Assembly (NCBI GenBank): GCA_012295275.1
Contig: CM022679.1
Span: 17,918,001 to 17,982,000, forward strand
Length of the DNA: 64,000 bases
Reading direction: 5' to 3'
Source: Chrysomallon squamiferum
Taxonomy: Eukaryota > Animalia > Mollusca
Below the pieces are notes generated by a model. That model was not told where the DNA came from. It saw only the letters and a program-made list of their open reading frames with translations, and searched no databases. Numbering within the stretch: position 1 is the stretch's first letter; every line of letters starts with the position of its first letter. The translations under genes were made by a program, and so were the position numbers. This document shows positions 39,449 through 53,342 of the stretch, piece after piece.

Positions 39449-42400
39449 TATACTGTTTCATTCATTTCAATTATAGATCACTTGCCAAATCGGTATAATT
39501 GACTCTAGTTAACTTTGATGTTAGATGATGTTTTATAAGATGTTTCAGCAGATCAAATTAATCCAAATGCCTTTACTCAAATTTAATTAGTATTTAGCTG
39601 ACTCTAGTTAGCTTTGATGTTAGGTGTTTTTTATAAGATTCCGTATCATAATGATTACCTTTGAAAGTAAATAACCTTCTAGCTGTATGTAACAAGCTGA
39701 ACGTTTCACCCTCCCCCCCCCCACAAAAAAAAGAACATACTTGCAATGCAGCACTGAATGCCAAATCAGAGAGCATTTCTAGGACGCACCTGGAAGTAGC
39801 ACTATAGTGTCTGTCATAGGTCTGGTTAATCAAAACAATAAGTTGACAAAACAGTCTGAAGGGAAATCATTTTTACACAAATAAGTGTTAGGTGACTTGG
39901 AAAACTGCGGCATTGTGACAGTACACAATATTAATCCGCAAAGTAAGTCGAGTCGTCTGAAAAACGTAAAATGGTCATTTCTTTTTCTTAACATTTTCAT
40001 ATTTGAATCTTGTAGAGATTCCCATAAAATTGGTTATGCAGAACCAACCGACGATGTGATTACTGTGTTCATACAGTGCCAATTTATACATTTCATTAAC
40101 AAGAGTGAACAAATCAGACAACGTCCTATTGTTTTCTGGAAACTTCACTTTTAATCCAGAGTTATTTACTATTTAGATACTGGAATCGAGGACAAAACAT
40201 AAAACATGCCAGGTAAAACTATCATTTTAAATGAAAATGCCCATAATTCTTAAACTAATTAAACAGTTTGTAAAATAATATACACATACAGTATGAAATT
40301 ACTAAGGAATATATTATGATATATTTATATATTATTTATAAAATAATAAAATTGTATTGAATAACAATTAATAGGTAATACCGTTAGTATTACTAACACA
40401 AAAGTGGTTAGACCATCTTCCTCCAGTGTACATATAAAATTAAATCCCATGCTGTTATTGTTATCATAAAGAAAAGTGCACGAAATGGAGATAGAACGTT
40501 CCCCATTTTAAAGCAAAATAAATTTAATATATCTATGCTTGCAACTCGTCTGGAAAGCATAGAGGCCCTCAAAAAAATGGGCCCCGAATTTGCCTTGGGA
40601 GTAGCATGGACCAACAGGAACGATAACTCGTATCGGCACAAATTACGTCACGGAAAAAAGCCTCAATATTTCGCCGATTTAATGGGTACAAAGAATCCCT
40701 CAATGTTCTTTTCTGCTGGGTTCTGAGATGGGGACTATTGACATCTACAAACGTTAATACATTAATCTTATTCCGCATTATAATTTCAGAATATTATGCA
40801 CGCATTTACACAAAAATAATTCAGTTTGAAAAAGTAGTTAGAAAAGGCGTTTGACATCATGGTTTGGTAATATGAACAACCATCCTTACCTTTATCAGTG
40901 TAAATCATAAAAAAAGTTCTGATAAATGAACTAAAATTATTTAATTTCCAAGTTTAACAATTTCCGTGAGTTCAGGAAACTTCCGATCGAAACCCAATAA
41001 GCAGCGTCGAACTCCGATTAGTGTTTACAAACGTTTAAATACTTATGCCTTCATAATGCAATCAATTCTACATGTATTATTAAAAGTAATTTGGGGAAAT
41101 ATGTCATTTAATCAATGCTTCGTATATATAGATGTCTATTACTGAGTAGAAATTGCAGCAAACTTTTTTTATTTGGTAACTTTCACGTCATACCATCTCG
41201 TACACGTTTCGTACTATATATTTTTTTTCAGATCTTATTACTACGTCGCCAGCCAAAAAAAGAGAAGAAAACTAATAATAATAATAATGATAATAAAATA
41301 ATAATAAAATAAAATAAAATAAATAATGTTCAGACACTGGCGCGTGAATAAGATTACTGTTCTCATTAGGTACTATAATGTGGACACGTTACTCTGCTAA
41401 AACTCCATAGCAGACAGTTCTGAGCACGAAGTTGAAAAACGATTCTTGAAACCATTATAATTCGTTTTTATATATGTATTTATTTCCATTTTTCAATGCA
41501 TTAGAGGTCATATTTACATGTAAAACGCCAATTGATCACCTGTTATTTGAATGATTGCCTTGATATATTCATTATAATTCTTGAATCAGTTTTACAACAG
41601 AACATTTTTTTCCTATTTTTATTTTATCAAAATCATTGGACCATGCTATTGGTGGCCCAAACAAAAAATATTCATATTATTTGTTTATAAGCAAAACATA
41701 TGAAATAAAAATTGTTCTTGTTCTTATTTTGCAAAATGTCAGTTAAATTAATTTTTACATTATCATCGCAAAATGTAACTGCATGCACCACTCTTCATAA
41801 TGGAGGACAATAAACTGGGCTTGAATTTGCAACACGTATTTGTGAAGGCACGTTTGATACAATTTTCAGTAAGAAATAGATGTACATGAAGTAGGGGTAA
41901 GGTTCTCCTTATCCTAAAAGAACCTAACTTCATTTGCGCTAGACATAACTTAAAAATAAATAAACTTGCTTTCCATGCTTGCTTTGGATATACTTTAGCA
42001 AAAAATTATTTTCAAAAAATTCCATCCTTCTAACGCCATGGTCGAGATTGCATTTCAAAAATTGTAACAATTAATTTCATTAGTCTTTTCAATAGCCACC
42101 AAATTAACCAACCAATCAAACAAAATTAATTCAAAGAGAGAGAGAGAAAGAAAAAAATCCAGTAATCGGAACACCGTGAAGCAGATGAACCAAACTTCGG
42201 TAAGGTTCGGATTTGTAGGCGTATTATGCCGAGATGATCGGAATGGTCACGATCAATTTTACGATACTGGATCAGCGAGACTCGTTTTGTGTATCAAGAC
42301 TACAGTTTAACTACATGCATATCCGGTCTGTACGTTTAGTATTTATAAATAAAGGCAAATTAATTATTAAGGTAATTTTTCGAACCATGAGCAAACCTTT

Positions 42401-42612
42401 TATGTGAAATAAATATTTTCGATAAAATTATTAATAGTGGCTCTTGTGTTATAACTTATAAGTTATAGAAAAAAGGTCCAAATAATATTTTTTGGTCGAC
42501 TCTAACATAATTTTTTTTAACATCCCAGTCGCCCAAACGGAACTTTGGACGCATTTGGCGACCTGACGACTGGCTATTTCGAGCACTGATGTATATATAT
42601 ATATATATATTG

Positions 42613-42657
<45 letters not shown>

Positions 42658-43215
42658 AATATAAAGTTTTTAACACTGTAACAGGTGTAAGATGATTATT
42701 ATTTTATTTTTCATGTATAAAAAGATCAATAAATAAAAAATAGTCAATTTAATTTGTCTTAATATAATTACTTATTCTACAACTGTCTTCCGTCACACAC
42801 AGACACGTATTTAACAAACTGTTTAGAAGTAACACATTTTTAGCAGTTTTTTTTTTTTTTCCATTGCATGGTTAATAAAGCAGTTATTTCAAAATGTAAC
42901 ACACCAACTTAACTAGGGCTACAATATATATGTATGCATCATTTATACATGTATCTTTGAGTCTATGGTAATGCCAACCAGACTACAAAAAAAATATTCA
43001 TATTATTTTATATGAAATATAAATTGTTTACAAAATATTTGTGGCCAGTTTTGATAATAATAATAATAATTTAACATAAATGTGTCATTACATGCATTGT
43101 TTAAATAAACTATGTTAGACATTTATTGTGTAGTAATGCAACAACTCATGTAGTTTAGCATGCACACCTATTTTTTCTGAGTATTATTAGGTGTGTGTGT
43201 GTCTTTAGTATTTGG

Positions 43216-43254
<39 letters not shown>

Positions 43255-43329
43255 GCATTTTGTTACATTTCATTGTGAGCTGTTAAATATATGTTTAAGT
43301 ATCAATTTTTCTTATTTCAGCAGTACATT

Positions 43330-46300
43330 ATGACTATGTCCATGACAGCAAAACCATACCTTCGTATTTTGTATGTCGTCTGGGCTTTCATGGAATGTCT
43401 GCTCTTTGGAGGTCTTTTATATGGTTGGGGTTCTCTTGTCTTTGTTCTAAAAGATGAAGGACTCTACGGTTATGTCTGCCATAATGATGATAATGAAACA
43501 TGGGTGAATTATATATCCAGTAATCCAAATATAACATCTTCCCCAACATTTAAAATTGTTGTTTCAATGGATGTAGTACATACAACTGAAAATTCAACTA
43601 AACAGCATGCAGTTAAAAAGGGATGCAAAGAACAAGATTCAGTTTTGACATTGGTGTTTACAGTTGCATCATCTCTGTTTTGTGTTGGTTGTGCTATTAT
43701 GGGTCATATCAACTACAAATTTGGGACCCGTACCACTCGTATTTGTTCAATGTAAGTTGAATTTAAGTGTATTACCACAGTGACCTGTCAAAACATCCCT
43801 AGGACTAAGGTCAAAAGTAGAAGTAAATGGGGATTATCAATTTAAACAATTTTCATACTGCTGTTAATTTGTTAATAGAAAGTAATAAATGGAAGGTATA
43901 TAGTTATCTATTTGTTTCCTGTTTTAAAGCTTTTATTTCCTGTATGAGATATGTTGTTGTACCCTCATTAACTAATTATAAGGCAACAAATTGAAACATT
44001 AACATAAACTGCCTGATTTGCATAACATTACTATTTCACATCTGTATATTCGTGTATTAAATGTTTTAAAATTCTTATTTGACAGGATAACTTTTGTAAC
44101 TGGATGTTTGTTGATAGCTTCTGTCACAACAGGTAAATTGGTTTTCAGCTAGAAAAATATACCAATAGTTGTGTGTTTTCAAAGTAATCTGCTTAAATTT
44201 TCATTACGTCTGATCAGATATTTTTTCTTTCAATTAGGCATCAAACTTTTATTGCAAATCCTTTCTGTTGTCACTTCTCATGAATTATAGTGTGCTATAA
44301 CATTGTTTAGTGGTTAGGTTAAATTAAGACTTTTTTCATCTTTTAAACTTACTTTATTTCAAGGTTCTGAGTGTTTGACTTTGACATATAAAAAATATTT
44401 CCTGTTATCTTATTACAATATTTAAGTAATTCCAAAGACATATGGTAAAATGTCTCTGACAACGTGTTAATGAAATATTTGTGAACTGAAATTTCAGACA
44501 TCCCATGGCTGATATATCCTGGAATGACACTGTTGGGAATAGGTGGAATTCCACTGTTAGTGACAAACACACAGGTATTTCAAATCTCTTATATTTATAC
44601 ACATTTGTTTTTGGGTTGTTGTTGTTGTTATTTGTTGTGGAAAATAAAAATGTATTTTCAGTCCAAAAACAATGTTATTCAATTTCAAAATTTGTAATTT
44701 TGAGAGATCTATTACCACTCTTACCTGCCGTGTACCTCTTTTAATTCCTACATTATTTAGGAGATATATTTTAAATTAAATTTTGTTTACATACACAAAC
44801 ATTTATTATTAAAATGCAAATTATCCACAAAAACAGATGTAATACATAATGGTGTCATAATTTTGTAATTAGTAATCCAACACTTTAAACCATAATTTGA
44901 GACAGTAATACATATCATTAAACATCGTTTGCAACTTTGTTTAAATAAACTTTATTTTCTAAACTGTATGTCATTTTTTTTACTGAATAATAGATTTTAT
45001 TTGTCTTTTTGTTCCACATTTGAAGTATACCTGAATTCCATATATTTTGTTGCTGTATTTTCACTGTTTAACCAAAGGTTAATTATAAGCACTTGTTAAA
45101 ACAAATTTCTGCCTATGCAGTGGTCATACATTTTAAAATACACTGCTGCTATTTTTGTTGTTAGTAAGTAAATCATTTTAATTTATATTATGAATTTAAT
45201 TTCAGATTTCTAACTTGTTTGTATCAGGGAGTTCCACAGTGGTTGGATTGCTTTGTGGAGCATTTGATTCTTCAGCTGCAGTTCAGCTTATTGTAAAGGT
45301 TATTGTTAAACTATTGCTATTTCAGGCATCAAAATAAGTTTAGAACACTCGTTCAGGTTACCTCACATGTAATTCCACTGAAGTTACCACCCGCTGATTT
45401 TTAATGCTTCCACTTTTTAGACGCATCCACGGTGTGACATCACATGTTTAGTGACAGTTGGTTCACAGCGTGGCAACATTTAGTTTGCAACAGTATTGAA
45501 TTTAAATGTAGTGTTACCGGGCACCAGTTTAATTAAAAGGGAACCCATTCACATGGAAATGTTTAAAAAATTGGATTTTTCCAATAACTTTTGGTTCAAA
45601 GTAAATGAAAACAAAAAAATATCGAAACAACAATGCAAAATTTGTACTGAAAACATAACAGCAATGAGAAATGAAGCCAAGTTAAGACATAACTGGTAAG
45701 TCACTTGATGGATTACTTGCCTATATCACAGGCTACATATACAAATCAAATATGGACTGGCCTGTTGAAACAGGTAACCTTCACGACTGGGCAAAAAATA
45801 AATTTTCACCAAACATTTCAGACTCTCAAACAAATTCAGCTTCTGATAGTGTTAAAGTAAATCGTAATGTTACATGTTCTAATTCCACTGGAAAATTATT
45901 TGAAAAAAACAATAAAGAACAGTATAAGAATCATTTCAATACTACATTGTAGATGGTTATGCAGGAGAGGCCTATGTCTGACTACTAGTCCCTGATTGCC
46001 TTACAGAACTGGGGTGCAGTTTATAAGTGGGAAGGACAATGACCACTCATGTAGGGACTTTGTTCACGATACTGCCCAAGCAATGAGAGATGATATCAAA
46101 CAGATGATACAATGTGCCAACTTTAGGTCAGTTGAACAAGATGGCACAGAAGTTTGCAAAACTAGAGATGAAAAAGAATTAATTTATGTGAAGATTGTAG
46201 TGAGGGGCCAGGCTGTTGAACTATTATTTAAATGTCAAAAAATGAGCAATTTTGGTGCAGCAACTGCAGACAGTATCAAATATGCTATAGATGATCCTTT

Positions 46301-49300
46301 CCATGATTATGAAATTACAGGTGAAAAGTACACAGATTGCAAATGGTGCAAATGTTAATGTTGGTAAACTGAATGGTGCTCTAACTGTAGTGAAAACTGA
46401 AGCCAGGGAATGGTTGCTAATAATTCATTGCTCTAGTTTGCAAACCAGACCAAAAGGTTAGATAAAGGGTTACCTCAACACATGGTTGAGTTATGGGTAT
46501 CTGGCATCTATGCATCTCTACAGACTCACTCTGAAACAAACTGCCCATTTGTCATCAGCTGCTCAGAATGCAACTCCATTAGTCACAGATGTTACTGACA
46601 CAATAAAATCAACTGTAGCTGAATTCAATACATTTGCTGCTGATGATAGTGATCTGCCATTTCCAAATACTGTGAGCGAAGCTGGTCACGAGGCAATCAT
46701 TACAGCAGAGGCTACCAACCTTGCAGCTAGTGTAAGATTCAAACAAGACAATCAGTTGAGTAACAAGCAAAAACAAGCTGAAAAAGTTGTTACTACAATA
46801 AAAGAAAAGTTTGTTCTGAACCATGTTCACCAGGAATGAGAGACTGTGAAACATATAAGAACAAAACTGATCCCAGCAATTTCAACACAGCTGATTAAAC
46901 GAATGGATTCCTTCAATGACTCTGTCTTCAAGGCATTGAAAATAGCCGATCACACACTCAGTGGGATATATCTGATCAAAAATATGGCTAGGAACAAATA
47001 AAACTGTTATCTAAACATTTTGCTGAAAGCCTAGCTTACCACAACTTTGCTATAGATATGGCTGTTGCTGAATGGAGGGGTTTAAAGAAACTTGTGGCAA
47101 ACAAATTCATTCACTTCCAAAGTAAACAAGGCATATGGTTGTCAAATATTCAGACATCATCACTCTGAATATCCACACATTCTTCTTAACACTGAAATCA
47201 TCTTGGCAGTTGCACTTGCTAGTACAAGTGTTGAGAGGGGCATAAGTGCTCTCAATCGGCAGTTGACAAATGCCAGTTTGAACATGTCCAATTCTACTGG
47301 ATGGTTTCCTGGTGATTGGAGTTAACCTGCCAGATTGAACATGTCCAATTCTACTGGATGGTTTCCTGGTGATTAGAGTTAACCTGCCTGTAACACTTGA
47401 TATGAACAAAAACGTACAGACAAAGCTGATTCCATATATGCAGATGATAAAAAACAAAGAAAAAGACTAGCATCTTGTACAATAGACAACCCGATTGTGG
47501 ACTCACTGTCAGACTCACAAGACACATACTTAACTGTGCCTTCTTCAGATGTGATAAAAATAACCTGCAATAAACTAATGTGTGCAGAGGACTTTCTTGC
47601 TGCTACAACCTCAGATTCAGAGGACTTGGATGATGCTCAAGTGAAACAGTTGATACTTCAGACACTGATGACAGTGACAACTCACAGAGCAAACTGAAAC
47701 AAGTTCATTATTCAGATTCTCATATCGGTATTTTTGATGAGATAAGTAAAACAATAAAAACAACACAAATTGTCAGGATTTGTTTTATTGTATTGTTTAG
47801 TTATTAAATGCAGTACACTATATCTATACACAAACTAATACAATGAGAACAGTGACATGGATAAATAACATATATATTATACTGTTCACATACGTGTATG
47901 TAAGGGATTTCACAACAATAATAATGGAATTGTAAATCTGATAAATTTTATGGTAACCTCTAAATAGGTTACCAGACACGATCCTTATTTCGATGCCTGC
48001 TATTTGTGGGAGTTCTTCAAAGCAAGCTTTAAGAAAAAAGTTAAAAATTGAAGATTATGTTTCTTTTATAATGTATTACAGACTATAAAATGTTTTTAAA
48101 TGGACTATGTTAATTAAAAAAATGGTTTAATTTTAGTGATTTAATATTTCATTATTAACAGTAAAATTATGTTGTCAGAAAATATATTATTTTGCTATTA
48201 ATAAATGCACCAATGAAATTATAAAATATGTACACTTTCTAATTAAGCTTTATATCTTTTATTTGTATTTTCACCTCATTATTTTTCAAACACATATAAT
48301 TTCATACAAACTTTGTATTTTTGTCATCTCTTGACTTTTTACACAATAAGATTTTAACTGCTAACAAAAATACTAAATATTGCAAAAAATATTTTTTTCA
48401 ACTTTTTTTCAGCTTGCCTATGAGAAAGGATTCTCACGACAAAATTCCTATTTTTTAATAGCTGGTCTGCACAGTTTAGTTATTGTAAGCACATTCTTCT
48501 TCCTGCCAAAAGGTTTTATTCAAAAGAATAAACATGAAAAAATTGCTGAGGTTACTTTCAAGGTTGATGAAGATGATGTAGAAAGCACAATTAAACTGGA
48601 TGAGGAATATGAAGTGACCAATGCAGGGGACAGTATAATGCCAAGAAAAGGTAAAAAAAATTAAATTATTATGCATTAATTTATTTTCAAAATAGTGTTT
48701 ATTATTTATTTTATTTGATATAAAAACATTTTTTTTTTAATATTTTCGATTACCATTTATAGTTAAACAAATTACTTTAATTCCAAAGAATCCTATTCTT
48801 ATATCAACTATTTATCAGTAATAATCTCTCCATAAATTCTTCTTTGGTATAATTTATTTACATTATTTAACATTGTCATTTTGTTCCTGAAAAAATTGTT
48901 ATTACTCTTCTATGAAATATTTTTTGTCCATCAGTGTCTTTATCAAAATTATTAAAATTACTGATCAAGTTTTTGTATGATTCAATCTCATTCAGTGTTA
49001 ACCACAAATTGAAATTTTTTATTGTATCCCATTTGTCCAGTTTTTTTTTTTTTTTTTTTAGAAATTGAAGTTGTAAGAAATGAAACATTTACAAGTGGCA
49101 AACCAACACTGAAGAGTTGCTTGTTGTCACCTACCTTTATTCTTCATGTGTTCTGGCTGTCTGTTCTGCAGCTCCGCTTCTATTTCTATCTTGGATCTCT
49201 CAACCCGTGGCTCAATCTGATTCTTAATGGTGACACAATGCAGGGTAAGAATTCTTTAACCAACTTTAAAGTTGTACTTACTTTCTTTTTTGTTCTGAAA

Positions 49301-52300
49301 AGAGATTTAAAAATGTTTTGAAAGACCAATCTAACTGACCTTTTTGTTATTTTCAGTAATTTCCCAGGAATATTTCTATTTTTAAAATTGTTTTATAAAA
49401 TAAAATAAAATAAAATAAAATATGTGAGAACAGTGAATTATTTAAATTTGTCTCTTGGCAGTCAATGATCTTTGATCTTAGATAAAAATTAGCTGTAACA
49501 GATACTTAAATAATTATAGACTGCACAGACACACACATAAAATAATTAGTTTTTTTTATTTTTAATTGTAATAATTAGATTTTTTATTTTTAATTGTTAA
49601 TCACCATGTTAATTATTTCAAAAATATTGTTTAAAATAAAAATCTTGAAATGACCAGAAATAAGTAATAATCAAATTTGGATTGTTTCTGCTTTCTTTTG
49701 TATATAACAACCTTGTCTAGCAATCTCTTCACTCTGTATTCATTATATTTCTGTGACAAACTTTTAAATGTGTTGGTAAAGGAGCTGTGTTAAACTTAAA
49801 AATAAGAATAATCTGTCCTGTTTTAATATTTAGTATCTTGTATGTTTGCATGTGATATTTGTTCATTGAATTTATTGAAATTCAACTGCTGAATAAATGA
49901 AATGATGTTGTTAAATAGGTGATTAATTGATCTTTCTTCATGGAGCTCACCAAGTATATAATAATAAATTATGATTTTTGTTGCAGTCTTTCTTTATTTC
50001 TTATTAGTAATTACTTACCTATGTGATTCTTGTATTTACATTTCAGTAAGCTTTTTCACCAATATCTCACTTTACTTCATGCTAGGAGGTTTAGTGACAT
50101 CACCATTGGCTGGCATTGTGTATGACTGGCAGAAGAGTTTATTTATCGGTAAATGTTCTGATTGATTACAGAAGCTATCATCTAATGTAATTTCATACAA
50201 AGTAGATTTTTTGAAAGAAAGAAAACCTTTTTTCATAAATTGCCTGTTTGAAAACATTGTACAGTTAGAATTAGCAGTTTAAAGAACAGATATTTATTAA
50301 AGTTTAAAAAAATGTTTAATAACTATTCATTAAAGTTTCAATGATTCAAACGCTGAACAAAGATACAAAGAAACAGAATGCCTTTCTTTTCTTCTGATAT
50401 TCATTTATATGTCAAATGCCCACCAACAATCTCAGCTACCCCTCAAAAAGCAAAGGACTGTGACCAGTCAGACCTCCTCAAGGGAATGCCACCACAAGCT
50501 ATTTTATCAAATTGTTAATGATAATTGTGCAATTCTGTATGTGTTTTAATCTGATTTTAGAAAATATTTTCAGTCATTATATAGTTAACTCAAATTGTCA
50601 TTTCTGAAGAGAACAATCCAAACACAGTTACCTGGAATAAATAATGTTTACATATAACAAATTATGAATATATATTTAATGTTATTTTGGAGAAATATGT
50701 AATTAAATGGACACCCTCCATTACTTTAGGTCAAATAAGTGGTTGCTTGTCTCATACAAATACTTTAAAATGTTATACACATAATTTAATGATGTGAATT
50801 TTATAAATTGTTTATGTTTATTTGACATTTTGGTCTCTTTATTAAGTTTAAAAGAAACTGTCATTTTGCAAGCCTTATATATTAAGAACATATGTTAATA
50901 ATACGTTAGAAGGTTTTCACCTTTTTTAATTATTATTTCAGACAAAAGGTCTAAGAAATGTCAGCATTTGATGCCTTCTGTGTTTCCACTGTCATTCACT
51001 GTTTTCATGGCCATACTACTTTCTGTTTTTGTTTTAATACCTGTAGTGGAGCTTCTGTATTTGACATTCATCATTCTTACAGTGTTCAGATCCTTTCTGT
51101 ATGCAATGGCTGCTGCCTTTATTAGTGCACTGTGAGCAAAATAATGTTTTTATGAACATCTAATTCTTAAAATATGACAATACAAAATGATTTTGAAATA
51201 AATATTAAAATGTTACAGATCAATTTTTTTCTATTTTAATTAAATGAAATTGTGACTCACATCTTGAGTATGAATATTTACAGTTGGAATTATGACAGGA
51301 ACAGCTTCTTTAAAAAAAAAAAAAGAGTTAAATTTTCATTGTTTACTCACTGTGTAATCAGGTTTTGTTTATTACAGATTCCCAAGTGATTACTTTGGTC
51401 TCATGTATGGAATCCTAATAATTTTTGGTGGAATATTTTCATTTACTCAGTATGCTTTGTTTCAATGGGCAGAGGTTGCCAGTTTTGACCAGGTAAGTGT
51501 TTTTAGTTGTTAAAATTACTTGTAAGTTGACAACACATAAACTTAACTAAATACATTTTATTTAATTCCAAATGATTTGTCATTTCTTACCAACCTTTTA
51601 CCAATCTTTTATTTTTTATCAATGGTTTGTCTAATGCTGCATTTTAATGTCATGTTAATAAATAATTGCAAGAATTTAAAATTAATTATGATGTTAAATA
51701 TTTTATTATACATGGTATTAATTATTAAATTGCCTTAAACATTTTTTTTACTCTGAATCACTTGAAATAGGTAGCAGATGCCAAAATTTAAAAATTTATA
51801 TCCATTTTAATTTTTCTAAAGTTAAATAGAATTTTTAAATACAAATGCAAAACAAACAAAATTATTCTGGTATGTTGTTTCTGTTTTGAGATTTGATGTT
51901 TTGAATACTGACTATTCTGTGACAGCATCAGCAAACATGATACAGCCACTTTCAGTCACTCTTAACAAGCATTAACTTAATTAATTAATGACAGTGACTT
52001 ATTGAAATCTGTTCTACTACAGGAAATACTTCACAGATTTTCAAGCTGAGTATGCAATATTAAAAGAATGTCAACTCATGAAACTGATAAAAACAAATAT
52101 ATAAAATGACAAATGTGCAAAATATACCACACCATTTCTGACAGCTTTTGATCAAAAAGCCTGAAAGTACTCCAACATATAGAGTTTGTACTTAGCATTT
52201 AAATGATAGCTGTCAGTATAAAATAGCATGCAACTGTAGTATTTTGACTTTCAGACTTGAATTCTGAGCACAAACTCATTTTTTTGCTGGACATATTAAT

Positions 52301-53342
52301 ATAAAATTAATTATGATGTTAAATATTTTATTATACATGGTATTAATTATTAAATTGCCTTGAACATTTCTTGAATTTTTTTTTTTTTAACTTGGATCAT
52401 TTGAATTAAAACAAAATAATCTGTATCAATAATTAACATTGAAAGTGAAATAAGAATTAGGATCTATATACTAATTTTCTAGTATCAATGAAAACTTTCT
52501 TCTGCAATCAAGTGAGATCGATTGGGCAAGATTGCTGGAAACCCTAACTACACTTAAAAAATCATTTTAAATATAAAGCATGTATTTTATTCTTAAACAG
52601 AATAAAAGACAAGTGTATAATACTAACATTGTTGATATCACAGTCTGTTTCAGCAGCAAAACGTGAAAAAAAATGATATCTTTTTAAGCAGATTGGACTG
52701 CCTGCAGCTTTGCTAAGGACTGTTACGTTTCAATGATGTCTTTTCAGAACAGATCATGTACAAAAATAAATAGATAAAAATTAAATGAATTCTTTAATAG
52801 GTTTATAAGAAAGGTTAATTAAATTATCATAATAACTGACTTACTGAGATGGTGTCAAATTCAGTCAAGAACCAAGATCTAATTTGCCATTTTGAAAAAC
52901 CTATCAATTAATCAGTGATAGCAGCTGTTAAACTGGAATTGGCCATTGCCCAGGTGTATGTTATACTTAGTTTAAAATGCCTTTTAAAAAGAAATTGTTC
53001 CATGCAATTCATAATGTTACAGGTTGCTTGTAAGCAAGTTAAGAATTTAAAAACCACCATTGTTGTACATTTTGTATAATGTTTGATTGAAATGTATCTG
53101 TCTGCACTATCCACTTGAAGCTTTTTAAGAGACCATTTTTATGTGCAATATGAAATTAAAATATCCACTTACAATTAAGATAACACTATCATTAAATTTT
53201 CCAATGCTTTGGCTTTCAGGTGAACATATTTCTCCTTATGTTGGTATGTACCTCATTTGTGCATCCTGCTTACCAGTGGTATACAGCTCAACAGATTGAA
53301 ACATTTACACTGAAAGAGGAAGCAAAGAAACGGGCTCATTGA
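43330..53342 (+). CDS. SLC43A3: SLC43 family MFS transporter (SLC43A3/ENBT1-like), 10 coding exons, 529 aa
   Basis: Exons 43330-43751 (ECLLFGGLLYGWGSLVFVLKDEG...CKEQD), 44086-44132, 44498-44574, 45206-45298 (GAFDSSA motif), 48413-48650, 49062-49244 (WLSVLQLRFYFYLGSLN), 50047-50148, 50942-51131 (VFRSFLY), 51378-51492 (FPSDYFGLMYG), 53220-53342 (TGA). GT-AG with matching phases; total 1590 nt. An acceptor at 43320 implies an upstream 5'UTR exon. The family call is firm; the exact paralogue is less certain. Confidence 0.9.
45323..47999 (+). mobile_element. hAT DNA transposon (ZNF862-like transposase, degraded) in the SLC43 intron after coding exon 4
   Basis: 16-bp TIRs CAGGCATC(A/G)AAATAAG (15/16 match) flanked by CTATTT on both sides. 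Frameshifted transposase pieces: QDGTEVCKTRDEKELIYVKIV, WLLIIHC, and the dimerisation-like YPHILL...LASTSVERGISAL. Confidence 0.85.

Noticed and set aside
39500-39640. ~40-bp direct repeat GACTCTAGTTA.CTTTGATGTTAG, 99 bp apart
   Set aside because: Only two copies; an ordinary local duplication with no functional signal.
41815-42588. Complete hAT MITE spanning the SLC43 promoter
   Set aside because: The putative left TIR matches only 11/16 and there is no TSD; only the right end looks real.
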